Positions 26,943 to 37,540 of a DNA stretch of 64,000 bases are shown here, in pieces. The notes below the pieces were generated by a model. It made no database searches and was not told the DNA's origin. It saw only the letters and a list, made by a program, of their open reading frames with translations. The DNA is taken from contig JADFXD010000006.1 of assembly GCA_015233725.1 (NCBI GenBank), positions 5,848 to 69,847 on the forward strand, read 5' to 3'. The first letter of the stretch is position 1, and the number at the start of each line of letters is the position of its first letter. Source of the DNA: Nitrospirota bacterium (GTDB taxonomy: Bacteria > Nitrospirota > Thermodesulfovibrionia > Thermodesulfovibrionales > Magnetobacteriaceae). Both the position numbers and the translations under genes were made by a program.

Positions 26943-28511
26943 ATGACGATGGACATAGACAAGGTACTGGATAAGGTAGACTTACAGCAGAGCATTGGCA
27001 GCCTGGAGGGTGAGGTCAGAGGCATCTCGTGTGATTCGAGGCGGATCGAGGCGGGCAGCATGTTTTTCGCGCTCAGGGGTGAACACTCCGATGGTCACGC
27101 CTTCATAGCAGAGGCCATCAAAAGGGGCGCCCGTTGCGTCGTCTACGAGGACGACATCGCCCCCGGACTTTTATACAACAGGGATGTCCTGATGCTCAAG
27201 GTGGCCGACGTTGCCCTGGCCCTGGCCCAGATCGCCGCCAACTACTACGGCAACCCCGCAAGGGATATGAGGGTCATCGGTATTACGGGCACAAACGGAA
27301 AGACCACTACCAGCTATATCATCAAGTCAATCCTCGAGGCATACGGTAAAAAGACCGGACTCATCGGCACCATCCACCACATGATAGCAGACAAGGGCTA
27401 CAACGCCTCGCACACAACCCCACAGGCGCCAGATTTCCAGATGTACCTCAAACGGATGCACGACGAGGGCTGTCAGTACGTCGTATCCGAGGTCTCCTCC
27501 CACGCCCTGGCACAGAGACGAGTCGATGCAATAGCCTTTGACGCAGCCGTCTTTACCAACCTCACAAGGGACCACCTCGATTATCACAACGACATGGAGG
27601 ACTACTTTAACGCAAAGAAACGCCTCTTTACCGAACTGCTCAAACCCGATGCCACCGCAATCATCAACGCCGACAACGACTATGCCACGACCCTGTGTAG
27701 ACAACTCAACGCCCTGTCAATAAACACACTCTCCTACGGCATAACTGCCAAGGCCGATGTCATGGCCTGTGACATAGAAAAGACCACGGAGGGTATGACC
27801 TTCAAGCTCCGCCATGACGGCCAGACATATAGCGTGAAGTCAAGACTGCGCGGCTACGTCAACGTCTATAACACCCTGGGGGCGTTTGCCACAGGACTGA
27901 CCCTCAACATCCCCGTTGACGTCATACTCAGGGGCATATCGATCCTTCAGGGAGTCAGGGGCAGACTTGAGGCGGTTGAGCGCGGACAGGACTTCTCCGT
28001 ATTCATCGACTACGCCCACACCGACGATGCCCTGGATAACCTCATACGGGGCGTAAGGAGATTGTACTCAGGCAGGATTATAACGGTCTTTGGCTGCGGT
28101 GGCAACCGCGACACTGGTAAGCGGCCAATGATGGCCAGGATAGCAACCACACTAAGCGATTTTACAATCATAACGAGCGACAACCCCCGCGGCGAGGACC
28201 CCCTCGATATTATCGCCCAGGTCAAGGCCGGTGCAATCGCCAGCACATCCGCCAATGAGTCAAATAACTATGATATCGAACCGGACAGACGCGAGGCCAT
28301 AAGGCGAGGCATCCACATGGCAGAACCCGGCGACGTTGTCCTGATCGCGGGCAAGGGGCACGAGACCTACCAGGAGATCAAGGGCGTCAGATACCCCTTT
28401 GATGATAGAGAGGTGGCACGGACAATTATCGATGAAAGGCTGGGCGTTGCGACGCCATCGCCACAAAGGGGTATGACACCCCAGGCAAAGAGGGGATTAT
28501 GTTTTCCATAG
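26943..28511 (+). CDS. murE: UDP-MurNAc-tripeptide synthetase MurE (meso-DAP type)
   Basis: GITGTNGKTT, EVSSH, DYAHT, DNPR and AGKGHE; start at ATG 26943 or 26949. Confidence 0.97.
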   Translation: MTMDIDKVLDKVDLQQSIGSLEGEVRGISCDSRRIEAGSMFFALRGEHSDGHAFIAEAIKRGARCVVYEDDIAPGLLYNRDVLMLKVADVALALAQIAANYYGNPARDMRVIGITGTNGKTTTSYIIKSILEAYGKKTGLIGTIHHMIADKGYNASHTTPQAPDFQMYLKRMHDEGCQYVVSEVSSHALAQRRVDAIAFDAAVFTNLTRDHLDYHNDMEDYFNAKKRLFTELLKPDATAIINADNDYATTLCRQLNALSINTLSYGITAKADVMACDIEKTTEGMTFKLRHDGQTYSVKSRLRGYVNVYNTLGAFATGLTLNIPVDVILRGISILQGVRGRLEAVERGQDFSVFIDYAHTDDALDNLIRGVRRLYSGRIITVFGCGGNRDTGKRPMMARIATTLSDFTIITSDNPRGEDPLDIIAQVKAGAIASTSANESNNYDIEPDRREAIRRGIHMAEPGDVVLIAGKGHETYQEIKGVRYPFDDREVARTIIDERLGVATPSPQRGMTPQAKRGLCFP

Positions 28512-29905
28512 ACGACGTGCTAAACTCAGACCCAACGGCCAGTGTCGTGGTATGCAACGGCGCTGGACGCTTTGACGCCGTCTCGGTCGACTCGCGCACC
28601 ATACAGAAGGGCGAGCTCTTTCTTGCCCTGATGGGCCAAAACTCCGATGGAGGCGACTTCCTCAACGACGCCATGAAAAAGACACACGGGGCGATCATCT
28701 CACTCTCCCACGCACGTAGGCTCAACCCGGCGGACTACCCGTCTTCTACGATCATCGCCTCTGAGGATACCCTGACCACACTCCAGAGGCTGGCCGCCCA
28801 CCTAAGAGCCAAGGCCAACCTCAAGGTCATCGCCATCACCGGCACCAACGGCAAGACCACCACAAAGGAGATGACCGCAACTGTCCTGCAAAGACGCTTC
28901 AGGGTGTTAAAGACCACCGGTAATCTCAACAACCACATCGGTCTGCCACTGACGCTGACCCGCCTCGATGGTCACGACGTCGCCGTGTTGGAGATGGGTG
29001 CCAGCCGCATAGGAGACATCCGACAGTTGTGTGAGATCGCCCGCCCCGACATTGGTATCATAACCAACATCGGTCCAGGACACTTAGAGGGATTTGGCAG
29101 TCTTGAAGGGGTCAGGAGCGGCAAGCTCGAGCTGATGGACGCCGTGGGGCACCTGATCGTCAACGCCGATGACCACTTCCTGATGGCAGAGGTCCTGGAA
29201 AAAAACAGGACAATGCACAAGAGGCTCACCACCTGCGCGGTCGATGCCGGCGCTGAATTCTCTGCCCGGATTATCAACGCAAACGGCACGGGACTTAGGT
29301 TAGAGGTGACGTTGCCCGATGCCAGTGTCAGAGAGATTGACATTCCTGTCGGTGGCGCCTTTAACGTCTACAATGCCCTGGCAGCGCTTGCGGCGGGGTA
29401 TGTTGTTGTCAACCACGATAATGAGCTGGATAAACCTGCGATTGATAGATTCTTCGACGAGGCTATCGACGCCCTGAGCGAGTTTAAGGGCGTTGCGATG
29501 AGGTTTGAGATAAGACAACACAGGGGCGCAACCGTCCTCTACGACGTCTATAACGCCAATCCAGCCTCCATGAAAGCGGCAGTGGCGGATCTAGTACGAT
29601 TTAGAGGACGCAGGGCTATTGCCGTCGTGGGCGACATGCTTGAACTCGGCAGCTATAGCGAGGGCCTACACGCCTTGCTCGGCAGATGGATGTCGCAACT
29701 GCCGGTGGACGTCCTTATCACTGTGGGCGAGTCTATGAAGATAGCGGCAGATGAGTTTGTGAATCAAAGGAAGAGTAAATCAGGGGTCCATAGCGTGGGG
29801 GACTGTAATTCGGCCAGGGAGATACTCGACAAAATTCTATTGGTTGGCGACACTGTTTTGATAAAAGGCTCACGAGGCAATAAAATGGAAACGATACTGC
29901 AATAA
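28499..29905 (+). CDS. murF: MurF
   Basis: GNLNNHIGLP, YNANPASM, GDMLELG and KGSRG. Confidence 0.97.
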   Translation: MFSIDDVLNSDPTASVVVCNGAGRFDAVSVDSRTIQKGELFLALMGQNSDGGDFLNDAMKKTHGAIISLSHARRLNPADYPSSTIIASEDTLTTLQRLAAHLRAKANLKVIAITGTNGKTTTKEMTATVLQRRFRVLKTTGNLNNHIGLPLTLTRLDGHDVAVLEMGASRIGDIRQLCEIARPDIGIITNIGPGHLEGFGSLEGVRSGKLELMDAVGHLIVNADDHFLMAEVLEKNRTMHKRLTTCAVDAGAEFSARIINANGTGLRLEVTLPDASVREIDIPVGGAFNVYNALAALAAGYVVVNHDNELDKPAIDRFFDEAIDALSEFKGVAMRFEIRQHRGATVLYDVYNANPASMKAAVADLVRFRGRRAIAVVGDMLELGSYSEGLHALLGRWMSQLPVDVLITVGESMKIAADEFVNQRKSKSGVHSVGDCNSAREILDKILLVGDTVLIKGSRGNKMETILQ

Positions 29906-29906
29906 T

Positions 29907-30989
29907 ATGCTTTATTATATCTTATACAACCTTCACGGATATTACACGCCGTTAAACGTATTTAGGTACATAACGTTCAGGACGGCCATTGCCATCATCA
30001 CCGCCCTGTTGATAACCTTTGCACTTGGCCCGGTAGTAATCAGGTTCCTAAAGCAGATCAGCCTGACCCAGCAGATCCGGGACGACGGCCCCAAGAGCCA
30101 CCTCTCCAAGGCCGGCACCCCCACCATGGGCGGTATCCTGATCCTGGTCTCCATCCTGACCTCGGTCCTGCTCTGGGGCAATCTCTCAAACAAGTACATA
30201 GTGATAATGATACTGTCAACGTTGAGCTTTGGCTGTATAGGCTTTGTCGATGACTATCTCAAGGTCTCCCGGCGCAACTCAAAGGGGCTTAAGGCCCTAT
30301 ACAAGTTCGGACTCCAGATACTCATCGCCCTGCTGATAAGCATAGCCCTGTATCTGTTTCCCACAGACCAGTACAGTACGATCCTCGTCGTGCCGTTTTT
30401 TAAGAAGATGCTGATCGACCTGTTTATCTTCTATATACCCTTTGCGGTGTTTGTCATCGTTGGCTCCACAAACGCCGTAAACCTCACAGACGGGGTCGAT
30501 GGTCTGGCGATAGGCCTGGTGGGTATCGCAACCCTGGCAAACGCCGTGCTGGTGTACATATCAGGCCATGCGGAGTTGGCCAAATATCTCCAAATCCTGT
30601 ACAGGACAGACATAGGGGAGCTTACGGTGTTTTGCGGGGCCATGTTAGGGGCGTCATTGGGCTTTCTGTGGTACAACGCCTACCCCGCGGAGGTGTTCAT
30701 GGGCGACGTTGGCTCCCTGGGATTAGGTGGGGCGCTTGGGACCCTGGCCGTGATAACCAAACACGAGATCGTCCTGGCGGTGGTAGGCGGTATCTTTGTT
30801 ATAGAGACACTGTCGGTTATCATGCAGGTGGCCTCCTTTAAGATCACAGGTCGGAGGATATTTAAGATGGCCCCCATACATCACCACTTTGAACTAAAAG
30901 GATGGGCAGAACCAAAGACTGTGGTGAGGTTCTGGATCATGGGCATAATACTTGCTTTATTAAGTCTAACAACTATCAAATTGAGGTGA
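29907..30989 (+). CDS. mraY: MraY
   Basis: GTPTMGG, NAVNLTDGVDGL, FMGDVGS and MAPIHHHFE. Confidence 0.98.
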   Translation: MLYYILYNLHGYYTPLNVFRYITFRTAIAIITALLITFALGPVVIRFLKQISLTQQIRDDGPKSHLSKAGTPTMGGILILVSILTSVLLWGNLSNKYIVIMILSTLSFGCIGFVDDYLKVSRRNSKGLKALYKFGLQILIALLISIALYLFPTDQYSTILVVPFFKKMLIDLFIFYIPFAVFVIVGSTNAVNLTDGVDGLAIGLVGIATLANAVLVYISGHAELAKYLQILYRTDIGELTVFCGAMLGASLGFLWYNAYPAEVFMGDVGSLGLGGALGTLAVITKHEIVLAVVGGIFVIETLSVIMQVASFKITGRRIFKMAPIHHHFELKGWAEPKTVVRFWIMGIILALLSLTTIKLR

Positions 30990-30994
30990 AATTA

Positions 30995-32104
30995 ATGGAA
31001 AACTGTTATTGTAAGTTCAAAAAGTTGACAATGAGTTGTGTTTATGTCTCATTATCTTTGTTAATCTTCTTGTTTATATCAGATTTTGCTTATGGCAGCG
31101 ATATTACTGCCAGGTCGGCTGTGATTATGGATAGCGGCAACGAAAGGATACTTTATGCCAAAAATCCGACACACAGGCAACCCCCGGCAAGCACGACCAA
31201 GCTGGTGACGGCCATGGTGACCATAGACAACATAGACACAAACGAGGTCGTGACCATCTCAAAAAATTCCTCAAGGCTGTACTGCTCGGGGGCGTCTCTG
31301 AGGGAAGGGGACAGGTTCTACGTCAATGACCTGCTGTACCTGTTGCTTGTCAGGAGTGTCAATGGGGCGGCGGTGGCCCTGGCGGAGGCGGTATCTGGCT
31401 CCGAGGAGCAGTTTGTACAGTTGATGAACAAGAGGGCCGCTCACATAGGGGCAAAGGATACAAGGTATATAAACCCTCACGGCCTTCCAGGTGAGGGGCA
31501 ATACATAACGGCATACGACCTGGCCCTGATAATGAAAGAGGCCTTGCGCTATCCCCTGATCAGAGACATAATCAACACAAAGACCAAGACCGTTACCACC
31601 ATAGATGGTCGAAGCATAACGGTGGCAAACACCAATAAGCTGCTCTGGTCCGATGACGACCTGGTAGGGGGCAAGACAGGTTACACCAGGGAGGCGCGCC
31701 ACTGCCTGGCCTTCGCGGCCGAAAAGGGAGACAGTACGCTTGTGGCGGCCGTCCTGGGAGACAACAAGAGGAGTGCCCTGTGGCACAGCGCCAGAAACGT
31801 CCTCTCCAGGGGCTACGATATATCGTCAACCAACGCAGCCCCCGAGATATATTACAGCAAGATAGACCAGGAACAAATAACTGGCGCTGGTGTACATAAA
31901 CTCCAAAAGAGACATCACAAGAGAAGGTCATCACATCACATAAGCAAGGGGACACAGACAAGAGAGATCGCTGAAGGCGGAGACAGGGTTATACAAAAGA
32001 CCAGGAGATCGCACGCGGTAGCAAGACATTCCACCCCAAGGACAAACAAGGAAGTGATAAGATTAGCCCATAAGGGGCACAGGGCAAAAAAAAACGCCAT
32101 ATGA
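30995..32104 (+). CDS. D-alanyl-D-alanine carboxypeptidase (peptidase S11) with a basic C-terminal tail
   Basis: PASTTK (SxxK), SVN, NPHGL and GKTGYT; signal peptide. Confidence 0.9.
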   Translation: MENCYCKFKKLTMSCVYVSLSLLIFLFISDFAYGSDITARSAVIMDSGNERILYAKNPTHRQPPASTTKLVTAMVTIDNIDTNEVVTISKNSSRLYCSGASLREGDRFYVNDLLYLLLVRSVNGAAVALAEAVSGSEEQFVQLMNKRAAHIGAKDTRYINPHGLPGEGQYITAYDLALIMKEALRYPLIRDIINTKTKTVTTIDGRSITVANTNKLLWSDDDLVGGKTGYTREARHCLAFAAEKGDSTLVAAVLGDNKRSALWHSARNVLSRGYDISSTNAAPEIYYSKIDQEQITGAGVHKLQKRHHKRRSSHHISKGTQTREIAEGGDRVIQKTRRSHAVARHSTPRTNKEVIRLAHKGHRAKKNAI

Positions 32105-32126
32105 TTGATTAGTCCGCTCCCTACGG
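32103..32126 (-). repeat. Repeat family B copy
   Basis: GATTGATTAGTCCGCTCCCTACGG is close to the reverse complement of the murG 27-bp unit. Confidence 0.7.
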
Positions 32127-32172
32127 GTACTATAGGGACATAGCAAGATAATTTTTATGGAGAGGATGGGCC

Positions 32173-33663
32173 ATGTTTAAAAACATTAACGGTAAGAGGA
32201 CAGTGGTGTTAGGGCTTGCAAGGAGCGGTGTAGGGGCTGCCAATCTACTTGTCAGACTTGGCGCCACAGTGACTATAATGGACGCACAGGGTTATAAGGA
32301 CCTGGAAGGTTACGTGGAGCAACTTGACTCCGCTGTTGATATCAAGCTTGGTCAGTTCAATGACGAAATCATGGATAAGGCTGACCTTGTCGTCATAAGC
32401 CCCGGGGTATCGATAAAGCATCCATCCATACGGCGCATACGCCAAAGTGGGATCAAGGTGATAGGTGAGCTGGAGCTGGCCTATCAGGTGATAGAGGGGT
32501 TTAACAAGATATGTTCATTGGGTTTCCTGGCGATAACGGGCACCAATGGAAAGTCCACGACGACCACCATGCTCAACGAAATCCTAAGGCACAGTGGCTT
32601 TAAGACCGTCCTTGGGGGCAACATTGGCAAGGCCATCACGGAGGAGATCAGCAAGCTCGTCGGGAGCTTTGAAAAACCGAGGGAGTTTGTCTGTCCCGAC
32701 TATATAGTGACCGAGGTATCGAGCTTTCAGATGGAATCCATCGACAGGTTTAAACCCAAGGTGGCCGCAATCCTCAATATCACACCAGACCACCTCGACA
32801 GACACCTCACAATGGGCAAGTACACGGACGCCAAGTGCAGGATATTTGAAAACCAGGACAAGATGAACTTCCTCGTCCTAAACGCCGATGACCCTGTCAC
32901 CAGGGAGCTGGCCTGTGACATAGGACCTGATGGGCCGGAGATACTGTACTTTAGCCGCAAAGAGGATATAGTTGGGCCAGCCTGCGCACGGCTAAGAGGG
33001 GCATTCTACAAGGACGGCATAATCTCCTTCAGCCTGCCAGAGCTTGAGGTGCTATGCCCCGATCTGGTAGGGGGCGAGATGCCGGAGCTTAAGGCCTCAG
33101 ACCTTAAGGTAACGGGCGTACACAACATAGAAAACGCAATGGCGGCGGCGCTTATGGCGCTTGCCTGTGGGTGCAGCATGAAAAACATATGGGATACACT
33201 AAAGGACTTCAGGGGGCTTGAACATCGGGTCGAGTTCGTAGAGGAGATCAACGGCGTCAAGTACTACAACGACTCCAAGGGTACCAATATCTGGGCGGTC
33301 ATAAAGTCGCTGGAGAGCTTTGAAACACCCGTCGTGCTTATCGCCGGGGGCAGGGACAAGGCCGGCGACTTCTCTGCCCTGCGTCCGGCTATCAAGGACA
33401 AGGTCAAGGCGGCCATCCTTATCGGTGAGTCAAGGGACAAACTCAACAAGTCAATACATGACATAACCAGCGTGGTTATGGAAAACGACCTGCCAGCAGC
33501 CGTCCTCAGCGCCAAGGGCATTGCCAGCCCAGGGGACGTCGTCCTGCTGTCACCGGCATGTGCGAGCTTTGACATGTTTAAAGACTTTGAAGAGAGAGGT
33601 AGGATATTTAAAGAGACCGTATTGGGCCTGTACCATAACTCAGGAAAACCACATACGGCTTGA
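32173..33663 (+). CDS. murD: MurD
   Basis: GLARSG, GTNGKSTT, EVSSFQ, NDSKGTN and SPACASFD. Confidence 0.97.
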   Translation: MFKNINGKRTVVLGLARSGVGAANLLVRLGATVTIMDAQGYKDLEGYVEQLDSAVDIKLGQFNDEIMDKADLVVISPGVSIKHPSIRRIRQSGIKVIGELELAYQVIEGFNKICSLGFLAITGTNGKSTTTTMLNEILRHSGFKTVLGGNIGKAITEEISKLVGSFEKPREFVCPDYIVTEVSSFQMESIDRFKPKVAAILNITPDHLDRHLTMGKYTDAKCRIFENQDKMNFLVLNADDPVTRELACDIGPDGPEILYFSRKEDIVGPACARLRGAFYKDGIISFSLPELEVLCPDLVGGEMPELKASDLKVTGVHNIENAMAAALMALACGCSMKNIWDTLKDFRGLEHRVEFVEEINGVKYYNDSKGTNIWAVIKSLESFETPVVLIAGGRDKAGDFSALRPAIKDKVKAAILIGESRDKLNKSIHDITSVVMENDLPAAVLSAKGIASPGDVVLLSPACASFDMFKDFEERGRIFKETVLGLYHNSGKPHTA

Positions 33664-33682
33664 AATTTCGTTTTAAATTTAT

Positions 33683-34948
33683 ATGGCAATGACAATGGAA
33701 TTACGCGAAAGTATACAGGTAAGGGGAAAATTCGACACCGTGTTGCTGTTGACCACGGCAGCCCTTGTGTTAATCGGGGTGTTGATGGTATACAGCTCCA
33801 CCTCCGTGGTGCCGCCAACTGCCAGGACAGGGAGCAGTACAGGGGGCATTGCAGGGGACAGTATCCCTGGGGCCCCTGCCAACTTCAACCTGATAGATGT
33901 GCGCTACCTGAAAAAACACCTGGCATCGGTACTCTTGGGCATAGTCCTGATGGTCATAGCCTATAAGTTGCCAATTGAAATCTACAGGGAGAGAGCCACT
34001 GAGATACTTGTCGTTACCCTGGTGCTACTGATAGCAGTCAACCTCCCTGTAATTGGCCTTACGGTAAACGGGGCAAGGAGGTGGCTACGGATATGGCACT
34101 TTACGTTTCAGCCATCGGAGGCAGTCAAGTTGGCAGTGGTGCTCGTGATGGCCAGGTACCTCTCTGGCCCCAGCTTTAAAACGGATGAGTTTAAGTCTTT
34201 TCTAAAGCCTATCGTCCTGATGGTCTGTATACAGGCCGTCTTGCTGCGTCAGCCGGACTTTGGTTCAGCGGCCATAATTGGCATGATCACCTTCTGCCTG
34301 CTCTTTATCGCAGAGGTCAGGTTGACCTATATCCTGTCGGTTGGTTTGGCGTTCATTCCAGTCGTTATCAAGCTGGTCAGGCAGCCTTACCGCTTAAAGA
34401 GGGTGTTGGTGTTTTTAGACCCCTGGGCAGATGAGAAAAACAGCGGATTTCAGTTGATACAGTCCTTCGTGGCACTGGGAAATGGCGGGATACAAGGAGT
34501 CGGCCTGGGCAAGAGTATGCAGAAGCTCTTCTTCCTGCCCGAGTCAAAGACCGACTTCATCTTTGCCATAATCGGAGAGGAGATCGGCCTCTTAGGGGCA
34601 GTGTTTGTTATATGCCTGTTTGCGCTATTTTTCATCAGGGCTATATCGATTATGAACAGGTTGAGAGACCGTTTTATGTTCTTTATGGCAAGCGGGATAA
34701 CGCTCCTTATCGTGCTCCAGGCGCTGATAAACATGTGCGTCGTGACAGGGATGGTACCGACAAAGGGACTTCCCATGCCCTTTATCAGCTACGGGGGCTC
34801 CTCAATGATCATAAACCTGGCAGAGGTCGGCCTGCTCCTGAACCTGGCAAGTAACGCCGATGTCACATGGTCTGAATCCTCGGCACAGAGGACTACAACG
34901 AAGATGTTTAACCAAAGAAAGGCAAGGGTGTTTTCATATGATAAGTAA
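33683..34948 (+). CDS. ftsW: FtsW
   Basis: GARRW, FQPSE, QPDFG, LPESKTDFIF and PTKGLPMPFISYGGSS. Confidence 0.96.
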   Translation: MAMTMELRESIQVRGKFDTVLLLTTAALVLIGVLMVYSSTSVVPPTARTGSSTGGIAGDSIPGAPANFNLIDVRYLKKHLASVLLGIVLMVIAYKLPIEIYRERATEILVVTLVLLIAVNLPVIGLTVNGARRWLRIWHFTFQPSEAVKLAVVLVMARYLSGPSFKTDEFKSFLKPIVLMVCIQAVLLRQPDFGSAAIIGMITFCLLFIAEVRLTYILSVGLAFIPVVIKLVRQPYRLKRVLVFLDPWADEKNSGFQLIQSFVALGNGGIQGVGLGKSMQKLFFLPESKTDFIFAIIGEEIGLLGAVFVICLFALFFIRAISIMNRLRDRFMFFMASGITLLIVLQALINMCVVTGMVPTKGLPMPFISYGGSSMIINLAEVGLLLNLASNADVTWSESSAQRTTTKMFNQRKARVFSYDK

Positions 34949-36188
34949 TGATAACAACAGATGTAAGGTCGTAATAGCCGGCGGTGGCACCGGTGGACAC
35001 CTCTACCCTGCCATAGCCATAGCGGAGGAGATCAAGAAACAGTTGCCCCAGGCAGATATCCTCTTTATGGGCACTGACAGGGGTATAGAGACCAGGGTGC
35101 TGCCCATTGAAAGATACTACGTCAAGCTCCTTAGAACAGAGGGATTTGTAGGTGTATCGCTAAGAAAAAAGATATGGGCATTTTTTAAGTTGATTGTAGC
35201 GTTTTTTGAGGCGTACTCATTCTTAAGGAAGGTCAGACCAAACATAGTAATAGGGATGGGCGGGTATGCCTCCTTTGTGCCCGTTGCGGTGGCAGCCCTG
35301 CTGTCTATCCCCATCGTGATACACGAGCAAAACTCCATCCCCGGCCTTGCCAATAAGTTGCTTGCAAAGATTGCAGACAAGGTGTGTATAACATACGAGA
35401 GCTCGCTGGATTATCTGCCTAAAAACAAGTCAATCATCACGGGTAACCCAATCAGGGAGAGGCTCATGAGGGCAACCAGGGCGGAGGGGATCAACATGTT
35501 TTCCCTGCGCGATGGCCTCTTTACAGTGCTCATCTTTGGAGGCAGCGCCGGGGCCAGGGCGCTCAACAGGGCCATGATGGAGGCCCTTGCCCTATTAGGC
35601 CAATACAAGGATAATATCCAGTTCCTGCATCAAACCGGTAACAACGACTACGAGCTGGTCAGGGGGGCATATCAGAGTAGCGGCTTTTCCGGCACCGTGA
35701 CGCCATTTATCTTTAACATGCCCGAGGCCTATGCCGCCTGCGATATGCTTATATCGAGGGCCGGGGCTACAACGCTGGCCGAGATAACAACCATCGGGAT
35801 ACCATCCCTGTTGGTACCCTACCCCTATGCCGCCGGGGCACACCAGGAGGCAAACGCGGCCAGACTCTCCTCCAGTAACGCCGCCATAATGATCAAGGAA
35901 CAAGAACTCACCGGAGAGATACTTGCAAGACACATCACCTCCCTGTGTGGCGACTCCACCCTGAGAAACCGGATCGGCAGAGACTGTAAGGCCTTCGGTA
36001 AACCCGACGCAGGTAAGAGGGTCGCCCACATCGCACTGATGCTTATGAAAGATAAATCACACTATAGCGACCATAGGGAGCGGACCGATCAATCCGACCG
36101 CAGGGAACAGACTGTTCAATCCGACCGCAGGGAGCGGACCGATCAAATCAAACAGGAGTATGACAGATGTTTAACCAGTACAGAGTAA
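34938..36188 (+). CDS. murG: MurG with a repeat-derived C-terminal extension
   Basis: GGGTGGH, HEQN, GGSAGA, RAGATT and HQEANA. Confidence 0.96.
   Translation: MISNDNNRCKVVIAGGGTGGHLYPAIAIAEEIKKQLPQADILFMGTDRGIETRVLPIERYYVKLLRTEGFVGVSLRKKIWAFFKLIVAFFEAYSFLRKVRPNIVIGMGGYASFVPVAVAALLSIPIVIHEQNSIPGLANKLLAKIADKVCITYESSLDYLPKNKSIITGNPIRERLMRATRAEGINMFSLRDGLFTVLIFGGSAGARALNRAMMEALALLGQYKDNIQFLHQTGNNDYELVRGAYQSSGFSGTVTPFIFNMPEAYAACDMLISRAGATTLAEITTIGIPSLLVPYPYAAGAHQEANAARLSSSNAAIMIKEQELTGEILARHITSLCGDSTLRNRIGRDCKAFGKPDAGKRVAHIALMLMKDKSHYSDHRERTDQSDRREQTVQSDRRERTDQIKQEYDRCLTSTE
36068..36148 (+). repeat. Three tandem 27-bp units (family B) in the 3' end of murG
   Basis: CGACCATAGGGAGCGGACCGATCAATC / CGACCGCAGGGAACAGACTGTTCAATC / CGACCGCAGGGAGCGGACCGATCAAAT. 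Confidence 0.9.
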
Positions 36189-37540
36189 TACACTTTGTAG
36201 GGATCGGCGGTATCGGCATGAGTGGCATCGCCGAGGTGCTTCATAATCTCGGCTATGAGGTCACCGGCTCCGATATCAAGGGGTCCTCGACGATAGACAG
36301 GCTACTGGCCTTGGGTATCAAGGTCTACATTGGCCACAGACCGGAAAATATAGACAGCGCGCACGTGGTCGTTGTCTCCTCAGCCATAGGCAAGGAAAAC
36401 CTGGAGGTTACAGAGGCTAAAAGACGCGCCATCCCCGTGATCCCGCGGGCAGAGATGCTGGCAGAGCTGGGCAGGTTAAAATACAGCATCCTGGTTGCCG
36501 GCTCACACGGCAAGACCACCACTACATCGCTGATATCAACCGTCCTCCTGGATTCAGGCTACGACCCCACCGTGGTCATCGGCGGCAAACTCCTAGCCAC
36601 CAACAGTAACGCAGCCCTGGGCAGGGGACAGTTCATGGTGGCAGAGGCCGACGAGAGCGACGGCTCATTCCTGAAACTGAGTCCAACGATCGCAGTATGT
36701 ACAAACATCGACAAGGAACACATGGACTACTTCTCGGATATGGAACACCTCAGGAAGGCCTTCCTGTGCTTCCTGAACAAGGTACCCTTCTATGGCCTGA
36801 GCGTCGTGTCAATGGACGACCCAAATGTCAGGGAGATACTGCCCTATATAAACAGAAAGACCGTCACCTATGGTTTTTCAGAGATGGCCGACTACACGGC
36901 TCGCAACATAAAATTCGGCTCTATGACAACTCAATATGACCTGTTTTTTAAGGGTGAGTTCCTCGATAGCTTTGAGGTCCCCCTCACAGGCAGACACAAC
37001 ATCCTCAACACCCTGGCAGCCACGGCCACGGCCCTCTACCTCAAGATCGACATAGAGGTGGTCATAGGCTCGCTACAGAGGTTTAAGGGTATCAAGCGTA
37101 GGCTGGAGTTTAAGGGCGAGGCCATGGGTGTAAAGGTCTACGACGACTACGGCCACCACCCCACAGAGATACAGATGACTATCCAGGGGGTCAGACAGCA
37201 GGTGAGAAACCGCCTGCTTGTCGTCTTTCAACCCCACCGATACTCACGTACAAAGGCCCTGATGGAGGAGTTCACACACTCATTCACAGACACCGACAGA
37301 CTCTACCTGATGGATATCTACCCGGCAGGGGAAGAACCCATCGATGGGATAAACTCACAGACCCTCTATCACAGGCTGAGGTCTGAGGGCGTAGACGTCG
37401 CCTACTTTAGTGACACACACGAGTTGCTGAACACACTGTCACGGGAGGTCAAAAAGGACGACTACCTGCTGACCTTTGGCGCAGGGGACGTGTGGAAGGT
37501 CGGTGAGGAATTCATTCGAGGTGACTATGTACACAACTAG
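36167..37540 (+). CDS. murC: MurC
   Basis: HFVGIGGIGMSG, GSHGKTTT, EADESD and DDYGHHPTE. Confidence 0.98.
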   Translation: MFNQYRVIHFVGIGGIGMSGIAEVLHNLGYEVTGSDIKGSSTIDRLLALGIKVYIGHRPENIDSAHVVVVSSAIGKENLEVTEAKRRAIPVIPRAEMLAELGRLKYSILVAGSHGKTTTTSLISTVLLDSGYDPTVVIGGKLLATNSNAALGRGQFMVAEADESDGSFLKLSPTIAVCTNIDKEHMDYFSDMEHLRKAFLCFLNKVPFYGLSVVSMDDPNVREILPYINRKTVTYGFSEMADYTARNIKFGSMTTQYDLFFKGEFLDSFEVPLTGRHNILNTLAATATALYLKIDIEVVIGSLQRFKGIKRRLEFKGEAMGVKVYDDYGHHPTEIQMTIQGVRQQVRNRLLVVFQPHRYSRTKALMEEFTHSFTDTDRLYLMDIYPAGEEPIDGINSQTLYHRLRSEGVDVAYFSDTHELLNTLSREVKKDDYLLTFGAGDVWKVGEEFIRGDYVHN

